62,667 bases of DNA, filler included, from Chiloscyllium plagiosum (GCF_004010195.1; 3 parts of one record of this genome joined end to end with filler, not necessarily neighbours in it); one strand, 5' to 3'. Positions 26,685 to 40,075 are shown, counted from the whole stretch's first letter. Numbers and translations are program-made. The notes: generated from the sequence alone by a model not told the origin.

Positions 26685-27414
26685 CTCCTGTTCCCTGGAT
26701 GCTGCCTGACCTGCTGTGCTGTTCCAGCAATAAAGTTTCAACTTTGATCTCCAGCATCTGCAGACCTCACTTTATCCTGTTTCCTTCACACTGAGTGGGG
26801 TTGAATATTACAAACGTTCTGACACCCAGGTGACAGTGCCACATATTGAGTGCCAGCTGGCACACTGTAACGTTCCAGTTGTGTTTAGTATACCTCTCGG
26901 TTGAGGACAGCTAGGATAATTCACATCTCTCACACTTACTGTTCCTTTTCCCAGCTGAGCCATACCTCCTATTGTGGTTGGCGTGTGTCACTGTCCGACG
27001 TCAACCTCATGTCAACGTTTTACGCACGAGCACACTTTCAACAGTGAGACAGATTTGCAGAGAAGGTGTCAGGAATGAATTGTTAATCTTGTATGGAAAT
27101 ATTTTTACAATTCTGGGTCCTTTTTGAAGAGAAGGGTTTGCAATGAAGGTCTTCAAAATTATGAAAGGTTTTGCTGGAGTGGATGGAGGGAAAGCGTAGG
27201 GAAATGCATAATTAAAGGACTCCAGTGTAAAAGCCTGAGAAATATGGGCAAAGAGCCTTTTCATGTGACATAACTGTACTATGGTCCAATAACTAAATTC
27301 AGAAAAATACTTTTTATCCCAAAGTGGTGAGAATGTGAAGTTTGCTCATCAGGTTGGGGGGCATTGTTTAGCTGCGCATAATGAGAAGCTAGATAAGTGT
27401 ATGGCAGAGAAGGG

Positions 27415-28854
27415 AACATAGAACATAGAACATTACAGCGCAGTACAGGCCCTTCGGCCCTCAATGTTGCTCCACTCTGTCATACTAATCTGAAGCCCAT
27501 CCCATCCACACTATTCCATGTCCATCTATATGCCTGTCCAATGACGACTTAAATGCACTTAAACTTTGGCAAATCTACTACTGTTGCAGGCAAAGCATTC
27601 CATACCCTTACTACTCTCTGAGTAAAGAAATTAACTCTGACATCTGTCTTATACCTATCTCTCCTCACTTTAAAGTTGTGTCCCCTCGTGTTTGCCATTC
27701 CCATACTTGGAAAAAGGCTATCCCTGTCCACCCTATCTAACCGTCTGATTATCTTATATGTCTCTACTGAGTCACTTCTCAACCTTCTTCTCTCTAACGA
27801 GAACAGCCTCAAGGCCCTCAGCCTTTCATAGAACATAGAACATAGAACAATGCAGCACAGAACAGGCCCTTCGGCCCACCATGTTGTGCCGAACATTTGT
27901 CCTAGCTTAAGCATCTATCCACGTACCTATCCAATTGCCGCTTAAAGGTCACCAATGATTCTGACTCTGCCACTCCCACAGGCAGCGCATTCCATGCCCC
28001 TACCACTCTCTGGGTAAAGAACCTATCCCTGACATCCCCCTATACCTTCCACCCTTCACCTTAAATTTATGTCCCCTTATAATACTCTGTTGTACCCGGG
28101 GAAAAAGTCTCTGACTGTCTACTCTATCTATTCCCCTGACCATCTTATTAACCTCTATCAAGTCACCCCTCATCCTTCGTCGTTCCAATGAGAAAAGGCC
28201 TAGCACTCTCAACCTATCCTCGTATGACCTATTCTCCATTCCAGGCAACATCCTGTTAAATCTCCTCTGCACTCTCTCCAAAGCTTCCACATCTTTCCTA
28301 AAATGAGGCGACCAGAACTGCACACAGTGCTCCAAATGTGGCCTTACCAAGATCCTATACAGCTGCAGCATCACCTCACGACTCTTGAATTCAATCCCTC
28401 TGCTAATGAACGCTAATACACCATAGGCCTTCTTACAAGCTCTATCCACCTAAGTGGCAACTTTCAAAGATCTATGAACATAGACTCCAAGATCCCTCTG
28501 CTCCTCCACCTACTAAGAACCCTACTGTTAACCCTGTATTCCGCATTCTTATTTGTCCTTCCAAAATGGACAACCTCACACTTGACAGGGTTGAACTCCA
28601 TCTGCCACTCCTCAGCCCAGCTCTGCATCAAATCTAAGTCCCTTTGCAGCCGACAAACAGCCCTCCTCACTATCCACAACTCCAATCTTCGTATCGTCTG
28701 CAAATTTACTGACCCACCCTTCGACACTTTCTTCCAAGTCATTAATAAAAATTACAAACAACAGAGGACCCAGAACTGATCCCTGCAGAACTCCACTTGT
28801 AACTGGGCTCCAGGCTGAATATTTACCATCTACCACCACTCTCTGACTTCAACC
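27415..28854 (-). mobile_element. Two tandem CR1/HER1 3' portions; the right one runs into the gap
   Basis: ORFs 27549-27914, 28000-28449 and 28612-28839 (GSVLGPLLFVIFINDL, KFADDTK); (ttctatg)n tails at about 27420 and 27835. Confidence 0.92.
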
Positions 28855-28953
28855 NNNNNNNNNNNNNNNNNNNNNNNNNNNNNNNNNNNNNNNNNNNNTT
28901 AATTAATTAANNNNNNNNNNNNNNNNNNNNNNNNNNNNNNNNNNNNNNNNNNN
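28855..28953. other. Assembly gap containing an artificial TTAATTAATTAA linker
   Basis: N-run, 12-nt palindromic linker with stops in all six frames at 28899-28910, then another N-run. Confidence 0.95.
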
Positions 28954-29524
28954 NTTTGGAGAGGGTGCAGAGAAGGTTTATGAGGATGTTGCCTGGTATG
29001 GAAGGTGCTAGCTATGAAGAGAGGTTTGATAGGTTAGGATTATTTTCATTATAAAAAAAAAAGGAGATTGAGGGGGGACCTGATTGAGGTTTACAGAATC
29101 ATGAAGGGTGGATAGAGATAAACTTTTTCCCAGGGTGAGGGATTCAATAATGAGAGGTCACGTGTTCAAGGTGAGGGGTGAAAAGTTTAAGGTGGATACA
29201 TGTGGCAAGTACTTTACACAGAGGGTGGTAGGAGCCTGGAATGCATTGCTAGCAGAGGTGGTAGAGGCAGGCGCAGTAGATTCATTTAAGATGTGTCTGG
29301 ACAGATGCATGAGTAGGCGGGGAGCAGAGGGATACAGATCCTTAAGAATTGGGCGAGAGGTTTAGACAGTGGATTTGGATTGGCACAATATAAAAGCAAA
29401 TTACTGTGGATGCTGGAATCTGAAACCAAAAGAGAAAATGCTGGAAAATCTCAGCAGGTCTGGCAGCATCTGTAAGGAGAGAAAAGAGCTGACATTTTGA
29501 GTCTAACTGACCCTTTGTCAAAGC

Positions 29525-29831
29525 TTTGGCCCAACGAGTCCACATCGAACCTCCGAAGGGTAACCTACCCAGGCCCATTCCCCCATTACTCTACATTTAC
29601 CCCTAACTAATGCACCTAATCTACACATCCCTGAACACTGTGGACAATTTAGGATGGTCACTTTACCTAACCTGTACATCTTTGCACTGTGGGAGGAAGC
29701 CAGAGGAAACCCACACAGACACAGGGAGAATGTGCAAACTCCACACAGACAGTCACCCGAGCCTGGAATCAAACCCAGGTCCCTAGTGCTATGAAGCAGC
29801 AATGTCACCCTCTGAGCCACCTTGCCACCCC
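29525..29831 (-). mobile_element. HE1-type V-SINE
   Basis: Same head, V-domain and tail as 8698-9030. Confidence 0.85.
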
Positions 29832-30457
29832 AGCATAATACGTACTGAGTACTATGGTGCAACCATGAGCTTATAGCAAAATATTCCTGATTAACTGATT
29901 AATTTTTCTTTTTGCTTTCATACAACAGCTCACTCCTGAGTTCAGACATTTGTGCATGTTTTGCTGTGACAACTCAATTCATCAGCAGTTGCTTAGTTTG
30001 GCCAAATATATTCCATGTCACACTTGGAACAGACTTCCATTTTCAATAGTTTTACCTTAATTCAATTGTTCTTGGACTTGTTTGGAATCTTTGAATCAGG
30101 GTGAACCTATTTCCCTACAAATCAGTCCTCCACTCTGGTTTCCTGTAGGTGGTTATGCTTGCCGGAGTAGAATTTCTGAGGGTGCACTCAGTCCTCTGAT
30201 ACCTTGCCGTTATTGTGAAAGCCTTTTCAATACACCGTTGGAAGCCTCATGCAGTAATGAATCACTTTACAGGGCACCTCAATGGCAAGCAGAAGTTGAA
30301 GCTGCTTAGATTAGGTTTTGCACTGACTTTGTCTTATTCAGTTCAAAGACAGCTCATGGAACTTGTGGTTAGAATGGGTTAATTAATGGTAATACTGTGG
30401 AAAATCTGAAGTTTTTTTATAGTTTGATTATGACTTGCAATCAACAGTTTTGACTCC

Positions 30458-30822
30458 AGGACTGTATAATTCTATGACTATATAATTCTATGGCTGTATA
30501 ATTCTATGGCTGTATGATTCTATGGCTGTATGATTCTATGGCTGTATAATTCTATGGCTGTATGATTCTATGACTGTATAATTCTATGGCTGTATAATTC
30601 TATGGCTGTATAATTCTATGACTATATAATTTTATGGCTGTATAATTCTATGGCTGTATGATTCTATGGCTGTATGATTCTATGGCTGTATGATTCTATG
30701 GCTGTATATTTCTATGGCTGTATAATTCTATGACTATATAATTCTATGGCTGTATGATTCTATGGCTGTATAATTCTATGGCTGTATGATTCTATGGCTG
30801 TATGACTCTACAAATCTATAAC
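30458..30822. repeat. Minisatellite, 16-bp unit CTGTATRATTCTATGG, about 22 copies
   Basis: Directly visible tandem array. Confidence 0.95.
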
Positions 30823-31336
30823 TGTAGTGTGGGGACAAATTGCCTCCTTCCAGGTTCAGGAGACACACTTGTTCATGAATGGCTGTAGAGGAGGGCTGAT
30901 AAAGCAGGAGGTTCTGGTAAAGAAACAAGGTCAGATCACTCACAGCAGCAAAAACCTGATGGTAACCCAGTGGCAGTATAGTAAATCAGTGCATGGCCCA
31001 CATCGACACAGGGCTTTGGGCAGGCAAGCAGGACTCCATCTTAACTCCGCCACGTTTTAATTTGCTGCGCAAGAGAAACGGAAGCTATTCCCATTAATGG
31101 AGAGCACAGTAAATCGCAGGACCCTTAGGAATATTGATGTGCAGAGGGATCTTGGGGTGCAAGATCCCTGAAAGTGGATATGTTGCTAAAGAAGGCATAT
31201 GACATGCTTGTCAAAGTTGGCAAGTCATGTTGCAGCTGTATAAAACTTTGGTCAGACCACATTTGGTGTCCTGTGTACAGTTCTGGTTGCCATATTTTAT
31301 TAACCATGTGGAAACTTTGGATTTATTAGGATGCTG

Positions 31337-31576
31337 AGAGTTGAAAAATATGGTGCTGGAAAAACACAGCAGGCCAGGCAGCATCCGATAAGCCTTTCTT
31401 CAGGGACACCAGAGTTGAAAAATGTGGTGCTGGAAAAACACAGCTGCTGAAGGAGGGCTTATGCCTGAAATGTCGATTCTCCTGCTCCTCGGATGCTGCC
31501 TGGCCTGCTGTGTTTTTCCAGCACCACATTTTTCAACTCTGGTGCTCCAGCATCTGCAGTCCTCACTTTCTCCTCC
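31337..31576. mobile_element. Rearranged inverted Penelope-terminus insertion (family A)
   Basis: 15-bp TSD tttattaggatgctg at 31322-31336 and 31577-31591. Confidence 0.8.
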
Positions 31577-31769
31577 TTTATTAGGATGCTGCCTGGAGTG
31601 GAGTGTATTAGATAGAAGGAGAGTCATAGATATCCTAAATTAATCTAGTCCCATATTCCACCACTTGGCCCATATCCCTCTAAACCCTTCCTATTCATAT
31701 ACCCTGCAGTCCTCACTTTCTCCTCCTTTATGAGGATGCTGCCTGGAGTGGAGTGTATTAGATAGGAGA

Positions 31770-33010
31770 GTCATAGATATCCTAAATTAATCTAGTCCCA
31801 TATTCCACCACTTGGCCCATATCCCTCTAAACCCTTCCTATTCATATACCCATCCAGATGCCTTTTAAATGTTGTAATTGTACCAGCATCCACCACTTCC
31901 TCTGGTAGCTCATTCCATACACACACCACCCTCTGTGTGAAAAAGTTGCTCCTTAGGTTCCTTTTAAATCTTTCCCCTCTCGCCTTAAACATATGCCCTC
32001 TAGTTTTGGACTCCCCCACTCCCACCAAGCCTATTTATCCTATCCATGCCCCTCATGATTTTATAAACCTCTGTAAGGTCACTCCGCAGCATCTGATACT
32101 CCAGAAAAAATAGCCCCAGTCTATTCAGCCTCTCCCCCTGGCTCAAGCTCTCCAAACCTGGCAACATCTTTGTAAATGTTTTCTGAACCCTTTCAAGTTT
32201 TACAATATCCTTCCTCTAGCAGGGAGACCGGAATTGCATGCAGTGTTCCAATAGTGGCCTAACCAATGTCCTGTACAGCTGTAATATGATCTCTCAACTC
32301 CAATACTCAATGCATTGACTAATAAAGGCAAGTATACCAAACACTTCATTATCCTATCTATCTACAACTCAATTTTCAAGGAATTATGAACCTACACTCC
32401 AAGGTCTCTGTGTTCAGCAACTATCCCCAAGACCTTACCTTTAAATGTATAAGTCCTGTCCTGATTTGTCCTTCCAAAATTTATCTAAATTAAGATTTGG
32501 AGATGCCGGTGTTGGACTGGGGTGTACAAAGTTAAAAATCACACAAAACCAGGTTATAGTCCAACAGGTTTATTTGGAAGCACTAGCTTTCGGAGTGTCA
32601 CTCCTTCATCAGAACAACGACTTGATGAAGGAGCAACGCTCCGAAAGCTAGTGCTTCCAAATAAACCTGTTGGACTATAACCTGGTTTTGTGTGATTTTT
32701 AACTATATAAATTGAACTCCATCTGCCACTCCTTGGCTTATTGGCCCATCTGATTAAGATCCTGTTGTACTCTGAGGTACACCATGGAAGCTTTGGAGAG
32801 CTTCGCTGTCCACTACTCCTCCAATTTTAGTGTCATCTGCAAACTTATTAGCTAGACCTTCTATATATCTCTGACTTCTACCTTCTAGCCAGCTCTGTTT
32901 CCAAATTCCAAATACCTCTACTCCATGTGATCTGACCTTACTAACCAGCCTACCATGAGGAACCTTGTCGAACACTTACTGAAGTCCATACCGATCATGT
33001 CCACGTTTGG
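31770..33010 (-). mobile_element. CR1 fragment with a nested inverted family-B pair (about 32495-32710)
   Basis: ORFs 31792-32028 and 32754-32975 (FDKVPH, KFADDTK). Confidence 0.85.
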
Positions 33011-33723
33011 ACAAACTTGGATTATTTTCGCTAACGCGTTTGGAAGCCAAGGGGCGACGTTCTAGTATATAAAATAATGAGAGGCATGCACAGGGTCAAG
33101 AGTCTCTTTCCCAGGGTGGAAATCTCAAATGCTAAGGGTAGAGGTGTAAGGACAGGGGAAGCGGGGGGAGGTGGGGGGGGGCAGGACTTTTATTTGGAAG
33201 CACTAGCTTTCGGAGTGTCGCTCCTTCATCAGAACAACCACTTGATGAAGGAGCAGCACTCTGAAAGCTAGTGCTTCCAAATAAACCTGTTGGACTATAA
33301 CCTGGTGTTGTGTGATTTTTAACTATATAAATTGAAGGACTTTTAAAGGAGATGTCAAGGAAAGATTCTTAGCGAGAAGATGATAGGTGTCTGAAATGCA
33401 CTGTTGGGGAGGTGGTACAAGCAGATACAACAGCAACGTTTAAAAGGCATTTAGATGAACACGTGTACAGGCATGGAATTGAGGGATATAGAACATGTGC
33501 AGGAAGATGGGATAGTTTAGAATGGCTTGACACAGTCATGGTGGGCAGAAGGGCCTGCTCCTGTGCTATACTACGCTATGTTCCAAGAACTACGAGAAGA
33601 CAGATTTAAGTTTAGTATTAGAGATAGAGAGGAGGATGTCAGGAAGAGAACTTTTCTGCAGTGAGTGGTGATGACTGGGGAACTGCTGCCTATGAGTAGG
33701 GCACTAGGGCCAGCAACAGTTTT

Positions 33724-34018
33724 GGGCAGCACAGTGGCTCAGTTGTTAGCACCTTTGCCTCACAGCACCAGAGACCTGGGTTTGATTCCCACCTCAGGGG
33801 ACTGTCTGTGTGGAGTTTGCACATTCTCCCCGTGTCTGCGTGGGTTTCCTCCCACAATCCAAAGATGTGCAGGTTGGTGAGTTGGCTATGATAAATTGCC
33901 CATAGTGTTAGGTACATTAGTCAGGGGTAAATATAGGGTAGGAGTCTGGGTGGGTTACTCTTCAGAGGGTCGGTGTGGACTTGTTGGGCTGAAGGGCCTG
34001 TTTCCATTCTGTAGGGAG
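33724..34018 (+). mobile_element. HE1-type V-SINE
   Basis: gggcagcacagtggctcag...gtgtggagtttgcac...gggcctgtttcc. Confidence 0.85.
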
Positions 34019-35145
34019 TCTCTCTCTTCTCAACGCAAGCTGTATTGGCATAAAGTGTTACAGCACGGAAACAGGCCCTTCAGCCCAACTCATCCATGTT
34101 TCCTCAATGAACTAGCTCCATTTGGTCTGTATCCAGCCGACCAAATGTTTCTCTAAATGTTGTAATTGTACCTGACTCTACCACCTCCTCTGGCAGCTCG
34201 TGGAATTATATTCATGCACTACCCTCTGTGTGGACAGATTGCCTCTTTGGACCCTTTTTCAATCTTTCCCCTCTAATCTTAAACCTATGCCCTCTAGTTT
34301 TGTACTCCCCTACACATGGGAAAAGACTCTGGCTATTCATTTCTGCCCCTCATGGTTTTAGAATACTTAAGGGAAATGAATTTGCGGAGAATATGGGGAA
34401 TGAATGAGGGAATGGGACCATCTGGACTGCTCTACAGAGGGCTGGCAACTACCTGATGGGCTGAATAGCTTCCTTCTCAATTGTAATGAATGTACAACCC
34501 AGAACTGATGGAATTAATTGAGGAGTGATCTAATCAAAGTCTTTAAGATATTAATAGAAAAGCACAGGGTGGAGCAAGATAAACTATTTCCATTAGTTGG
34601 CATTTCTAGGGCCATAGTCTGAGAATTAGGGCCATTCTGTTCAGGAGAGATATCAGGAAGGACCTCTTCACACAAAGGGTAGTAGATATTTGGAACTCTC
34701 TTCCACAAGTGGCAGTGAATGCTGGTTCAGTTATTAATTTTAAATCAGTGATACATAATATTTTGTTAAGCAAAGGTATTAAGGGATATGGGCTAAAGGC
34801 AGGTATATGGAGTTAGGCCACAGATCAGCTACAATCTCATTGAATGGTGGAACAGGATTGAGGGGATGAAAGGCCTACTCCTGCTCCTAATTTAGACTTC
34901 TAGTTTCCAAACCATTCACTGTTGAAAATTTCACCATTTATTCAATCTCTAGGTCTACTATAGGCTTGATAATCATCCAGCAGTATAAATATCCCTTTCC
35001 CTTGATACTTTTGTGAATTACCCTGATGAGTGCAAATCAAAAATATGTCTCTATCAGCAAAGCATCTAGTAGTCACTGTAGAAATATCCGTTTGTTCTTA
35101 GTTCAAGCTCAGCAACGTCAGACAGTCTCAGGGACATTACAATAC

Positions 35146-35292
35146 CTGTGAGTAAGAGAACTCCACACCAGTGATGGAGAACATAACCTCTCCAGCAGAC
35201 ATCAGGACGTATTGAGGAATTTGCCACGCGATTTGCATGACGTTTGCTTTGACGTCTTCAGTCTTCCAAATCTTCAAGCTGCTGTCTTTAGG
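35146..35292 (-). CDS. SLC15A2: SLC15A2 exon with the conserved WQIPQY...GEVMFSITG.EFSYSQ motif
   Basis: AG/GTATT boundaries; 147 nt; PKDSSLKIWKTEDVKANVMQIAWQIPQYVLMSAGEVMFSITGVEFSYSQ, a signature of SLC15 POT-family transporters. Confidence 0.93.
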
Positions 35293-36639
35293 CTGAAGGC
35301 AAGTGGAACATAACGGGGTGGAGTCAGTACTTCCAAATGCAAGCAGTACCGTGTCAACAAACTACAGAAGGTTGCATGCACACCAAGGAAGCCAACCTTC
35401 CGCCATGGACTCCATTTACGCCTCCTTTGCTGCAGAAAGACTGCTGACATCATCAAAGACTCCTCCCACCCCAGTAATGCTCTCCTGCAACCTCCTCCAT
35501 CAGGCAGAAGGTACAGAGCGTGAATTTCTCCCCCTGTGCTCTCTATGTCCTTGTTTACTATGATCTACCTGGACTGCTCACAAACAAAGCTTTTCACTGG
35601 ACTTAGGTACACGTGACAATAAATCAAATCAATCAATCAGTCAGTCAGTCAATCAGTCAGAGTACCAGGGAGTTGAGTGGTATTCAGATATATGACTCAC
35701 ATTTCTATAGCACCTTAAATGAAGCAAAGTGTCATTGCAGCATATAAAATAAAATATTCAGAAAGACAGAGGGCAAAAAGGTTGGTCCAAGAGGTAGGCT
35801 TTAATGGGTGTCTTAAAGGAGGGAAGAGGGGTGGAGGAGGTATAGGGAGGGAGGAGCAGGGTTTGGAGTTTTGGCAAATTGAAGGCATGGCCTCCAATAG
35901 CAGACTGATTAAACCTGGGAGCAATGGAGATGTGCCAAGAGAGCATTGGAGGGAAGATCCGTGGAGAAGCTTCGAGAATGCAGCTGCTGAAGTCTTCACC
36001 AACTGCTCACTGACTTTTCCTCTCCATTATTTTTTTTCTCTTGCACTACCGACACTTTAATTAAAGACTATGTCAAGACAATCACCAAATAGAAAAATAG
36101 AAAATAGTAGGAGGAGGCCATTCAGCCATTTGAGTCTGATCTGCCATTCAGTGTGATCACAGCTGATCATCCAATTAAGGGTTCTAATCCCACCTTCGCC
36201 CCATACCCTTTAGTCTGAAGAAATATATCTAACTTCTTCCAGAAAACATCCATCATATGACCTTCGATTTTGTATTTAACTCCTGTTATAAGACACAAAG
36301 GTAATTTTCTAAGACTTGCCTTAATTCAGTAAACAATGTTTTGTGCGGGGTCTGCCTGATTGTGGATTCGTATAACACAATGGGAGGCCATTTGCCCCAA
36401 CCTGCCTGTGCTGGCTCTTTGAAAGATCCATCCCATTAATCCCACTCCCAAGAGTTAAGAGCACAAGTAGGCCCTTCGACCCCTCGAGCCAGCTCTGCCA
36501 CTCGATAAGATTGTGGCCGATTTGATCGTGGCTTGAACTCCGTGTTTCTGTCCATCCACCACCGCTCCCTGCGCTTTCCCCACCATCTCACAAATTCTCA
36601 TTCGACAAAACAGACTGCATCGTTCGCCTTCACACTCAC

Positions 36640-36736
36640 CGTTTTACTCAGAATGAGTGTGTAAACTGCTCCAAAGTCGACCAATCCCACATCCACGATC
36701 TGCTTTGCTGTTGCATTTTGGCACACTAGTTTGTAG
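36640..36736 (-). CDS. SLC15A2: SLC15A2 exon, end of the extracellular domain
   Basis: AG/GTGAGT boundaries; 97 nt, phase 2/0; YKLVCQNATAKQIVDVGLVDFGAVYTLILSKT, cf. LNLGLLDFGAAYLFVI. Confidence 0.9.
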
Positions 36737-36910
36737 CTGTGTAAAACAGAGAAATGATCAGTGGAAAGAAAAACCCCGATACTCGGCCCTGGTCACTCTC
36801 CAAAAAGTTAACAGCGGGTTTCACTGACGGTTGCATTAGGTCCGTGTCGTATCTGTCTAAATCTGGCCAGGATCAAGGCTCGTGTGGGGTGGGGTGGTGT
36901 CACTCATAGA

Positions 36911-38760
36911 GGTCAAGATTAGAGTGGTGCTAGTCAGGTCAGGCAGCATCCGAGGAACAGGAAAATCGACATTTCAGGCAGGGGCCCTTTATCAGGAATG
37001 AGGCTGGAAGCCTCAGGGGTGGAGAGATATATGGGAGGGGGTGGGGCTGGGGAGAAGGTACCTGAGAGTGCAATAGGTGGATGGAGGAAGGGGTAAAGGT
37101 GATAGGTCGGAGAGGAGGAGATGCATTGGAGGGCATCTTCAACCACATGGGTGGGGAAATTGTAGGCTTTAAAAAAAGGAGGCCATCTGGTGTGTTCTGC
37201 GGTGGAAGTGGTCCTCCTGGGAGCAGATACAGCGGAGATGGAGGAGTTGGGAATACAGGATAGCATTTTTGCAGGAGAGAGGCTGAAAGGAGGTGTAATC
37301 CAGGTAGCTGTGGGAGCCGGTGGGAGGAGGAGATGCATTGGAGGGCATCTTCAACCACGTGGGTGGGGAAATTGTGGTCTTTAAAAAAAAGGAGGCCATC
37401 TGGTGTGTTCTGCGGTGGAAGTGGTCCTCCTGGGAGCAGATACAGCAGAGATGGAGGAGTTGGGAATACAGGATAGCATTTTTGCAGGAGAGAGGGTGAA
37501 AGGAGGTGTAATCCAGGTAGCTGTGGGAGCCGGTGGAATTGTGAAAAATGTCGGTGTTGAGTCAGTTGTCACTGGAGGTCATGTGGAGGTTGGTGGGACC
37601 TTCCACCCCACCAACCTCCGCATAAACCGCATCATCCACCAACATTTCTGCACCTCCAAATGGACCCTACCACCAGGGATATATTTCCCTCCCCACCCCT
37701 ATCCACTTTCCACAAAGACCGTTCCCTCTGTGACTACCTGGTCAGGTCCACGCCCCCCAACAAGCCACCCTCCCCTCCTGGCATGTTCCCCTGCCACCAC
37801 AGAAACCTCCGCCCACACCTCCTCCCTCACCTCATCCAAGGCCCCAAAGCAGCCTTCCACATCCATCAAAGTTTCACCTGCACATCCACAAATGTCATTT
37901 ATTGTATCCGTTGCTCCCAATGTGGTCTCCTCTACATTGGGGAGACTGGCCGCTTCCTCGCAGAGCGCTTCAGGGAACATCTCTGGGACACCCGCACCAA
38001 TCAACCCGACCGCCCCGTGGCCCAACATTTCAACTCCCCCTCCCACTCTGCCGAGGACATGGAGGTCCTGGGCCTCCACTATTGCCATTCCCTCACCACC
38101 TGACGCCTGGAAGAAGAACACTTCATCTTCCGCCTCGGAACACTTCAACTCCAGGGCATCAATATGGACTTCACCAGTTTCCTCATTTCCTCTCCCCGCA
38201 CCTTATCCCAGTCCCAAACCTCCAGCGCAGCACCATCCTCATGACCTGTTCTACCTGTCGATCTTTCTTCCCACCTATCCGCTCCACCCTCCTCTCTGAC
38301 CTATCACCTTTACCCCTTCCTCCATTCACCTATTGCACTCCCAACTACCTTCAACTACCAGAGAGTTGCGAATCAATGGAATGCGTTGCCAGCAGTGGTG
38401 GTGGAAGCAGAGTCATTAGGGACATTTAAGCGACTGCTGGACATGCACATGGACAGCAGTGAATTGAGGGGTGCATAGGCTAAGTTATTTTATTATACAT
38501 TAGGATTAATGCTTGGCACAACATCGTGGGCCAAAGGGCCTATTCTGTGCTGTACTTTTCTATGTTCTTTCTTCTCCCCAGCCCCACCCACCCCCATTTA
38601 TCTCTCCACCCCCCCGAGGCTTCCCAGCCTCATTCCTGATGAAGGGCTCCTGCCCAAAATGTTGATTTTCCTGCTCCTTGGATGCTGCCTGACCTGCTGT
38701 GCTTTTCCAGCACCACACTCTCGACTCTAATCCCCAGCATCTGCAGTCCTCACTTTCGCC
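36911..38760 (+). mobile_element. Penelope-like element: inverted 5' segment plus GIY-YIG endonuclease region and pLTR, with a nested CR1 tail (about 38355-38570)
   Basis: 11-bp TSD tcactcataga at 36900-36910 and 38761-38771; ORF 37660-38103 FTCTSTNVIYCIRCSQCGLLYIGETGRFLAERFREH (GIY-YIG); family-A termini at both ends in opposite orientation. Confidence 0.9.
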
Positions 38761-40075
38761 TCACTCATAGAAGTTCCCAACTAATCAATGCCAGAGATGC
38801 AATCCATCAGAACGTTTCATAGAAAAGTAAAGAATAGGAGCAGGAGTAGGCCATTCGGCCCTTCGGCCTGCTCCGCCATTCAATACGATCATGGCTGATC
38901 ATCCAACTCAGTCCCCTGTTCCCGCGTTCTCCCCAAACCCTTTAACCCCGAAGAACTATAGCTCCTTTTTGAAAACATTCAATGTTCAGGTCTCAACTGT
39001 TTTCCGTGCTTCCGCTCTCACAGCCTCACCACTGTCTGGGTGAAGACATTTCTCCTTGTCTCAGTCCTAAATGGTCTACCCCGAATCCTTAGCTTGTGCC
39101 CCTAGCACTGGATTCCCCCGGTCTTCAGGAATATCCTTCCAGTGTTTTCCCTATTACAGATTAATATATCCTCGGATGCTGCCTGGCCTGCTGTGTTTTT
39201 CCAGCACCACATTTTTCAACTCTGGTACTCTAGCATCTGCAGTCCTCACTTTCTCCCAGATTAATATATACTCTTTTGAACAAATGCCACATTTTGTCCT
39301 GGTTAATACCCCGTAACTCATTTGTCCAAATATATCCACTCCCTCCACCACCAACGCTCAGTAGCAGCAATGTGTACTATCTACAAGATATACTGCAGAA
39401 ACTCACCGAATATCCTCAGGCAGCGCCTTTCAAACCCATGATTACTGCCATCTCGAAGAACACGGGTTGCAGATACATGGGAATACCAGTCCCTGCAAGT
39501 TCCCCTCCAAGCCATTCATCATCCTGACTTGGACATATATCACTGCTCCTATGTTGTCACTGGATCAAAATCCTGGTATTCCCTCCCCAAGGGCACTGTG
39601 GGTCCAACTACAGCAGGTGGACGGCAGTGGTTTAAGAAGGCAGCTCACCAACACCCTCTCAAGGGGCAACTAGGGATGGGCAATAAATGCTGGGCCCAGC
39701 CAGTAATGCTGAATGAACAAAGAAAAAGTGAAAATCTGTTTCTTTTGAGTTCAGAACTGGGAACTAAACAGAACTGGTATGTATTTGTTTCGACATAGTC
39801 GCCCTCCCATGACGACGTCATCTCACCCTTTCCAGAAACCCTTCTAAAGATAATAAAAGTAAGGTACTGCAGATGGATCTGTGGAATGGCACTAATAGCT
39901 TGAGTAACATGTTCTAAACAGTCATACTGGCCTCAAAACGTTAACACTGTTCCTCTCTCCACAGACTATAGTTATATATTGGTTAAAAACAATGACTGCA
40001 GATGCTGGAAACCAGATTCTGGATCAGTGGTGCTGGAAGAGCACAGCAATTCAGGCAGCATCCGAGGACAGGCAA

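Noticed and set aside
26935..27070. Possible missing SLC15A2 exon (minus-strand GTAAGT donor near 26938)
   Set aside because: No frame gives the expected MKSVLQA.WLL motif.
28899..28910. TTAATTAATTAA palindrome (also at 58929-58940)
   Set aside because: Embedded in N-runs; an artificial scaffolding linker.
35021..35050. Isolated CTGATGAG resembling a hammerhead or snoRNA box
   Set aside because: No stem II or GAAA follows it; at best a decayed copy.
37403..38299. 298-aa ORF
   Set aside because: Off-frame read-through across the inversion junction of a Penelope element.
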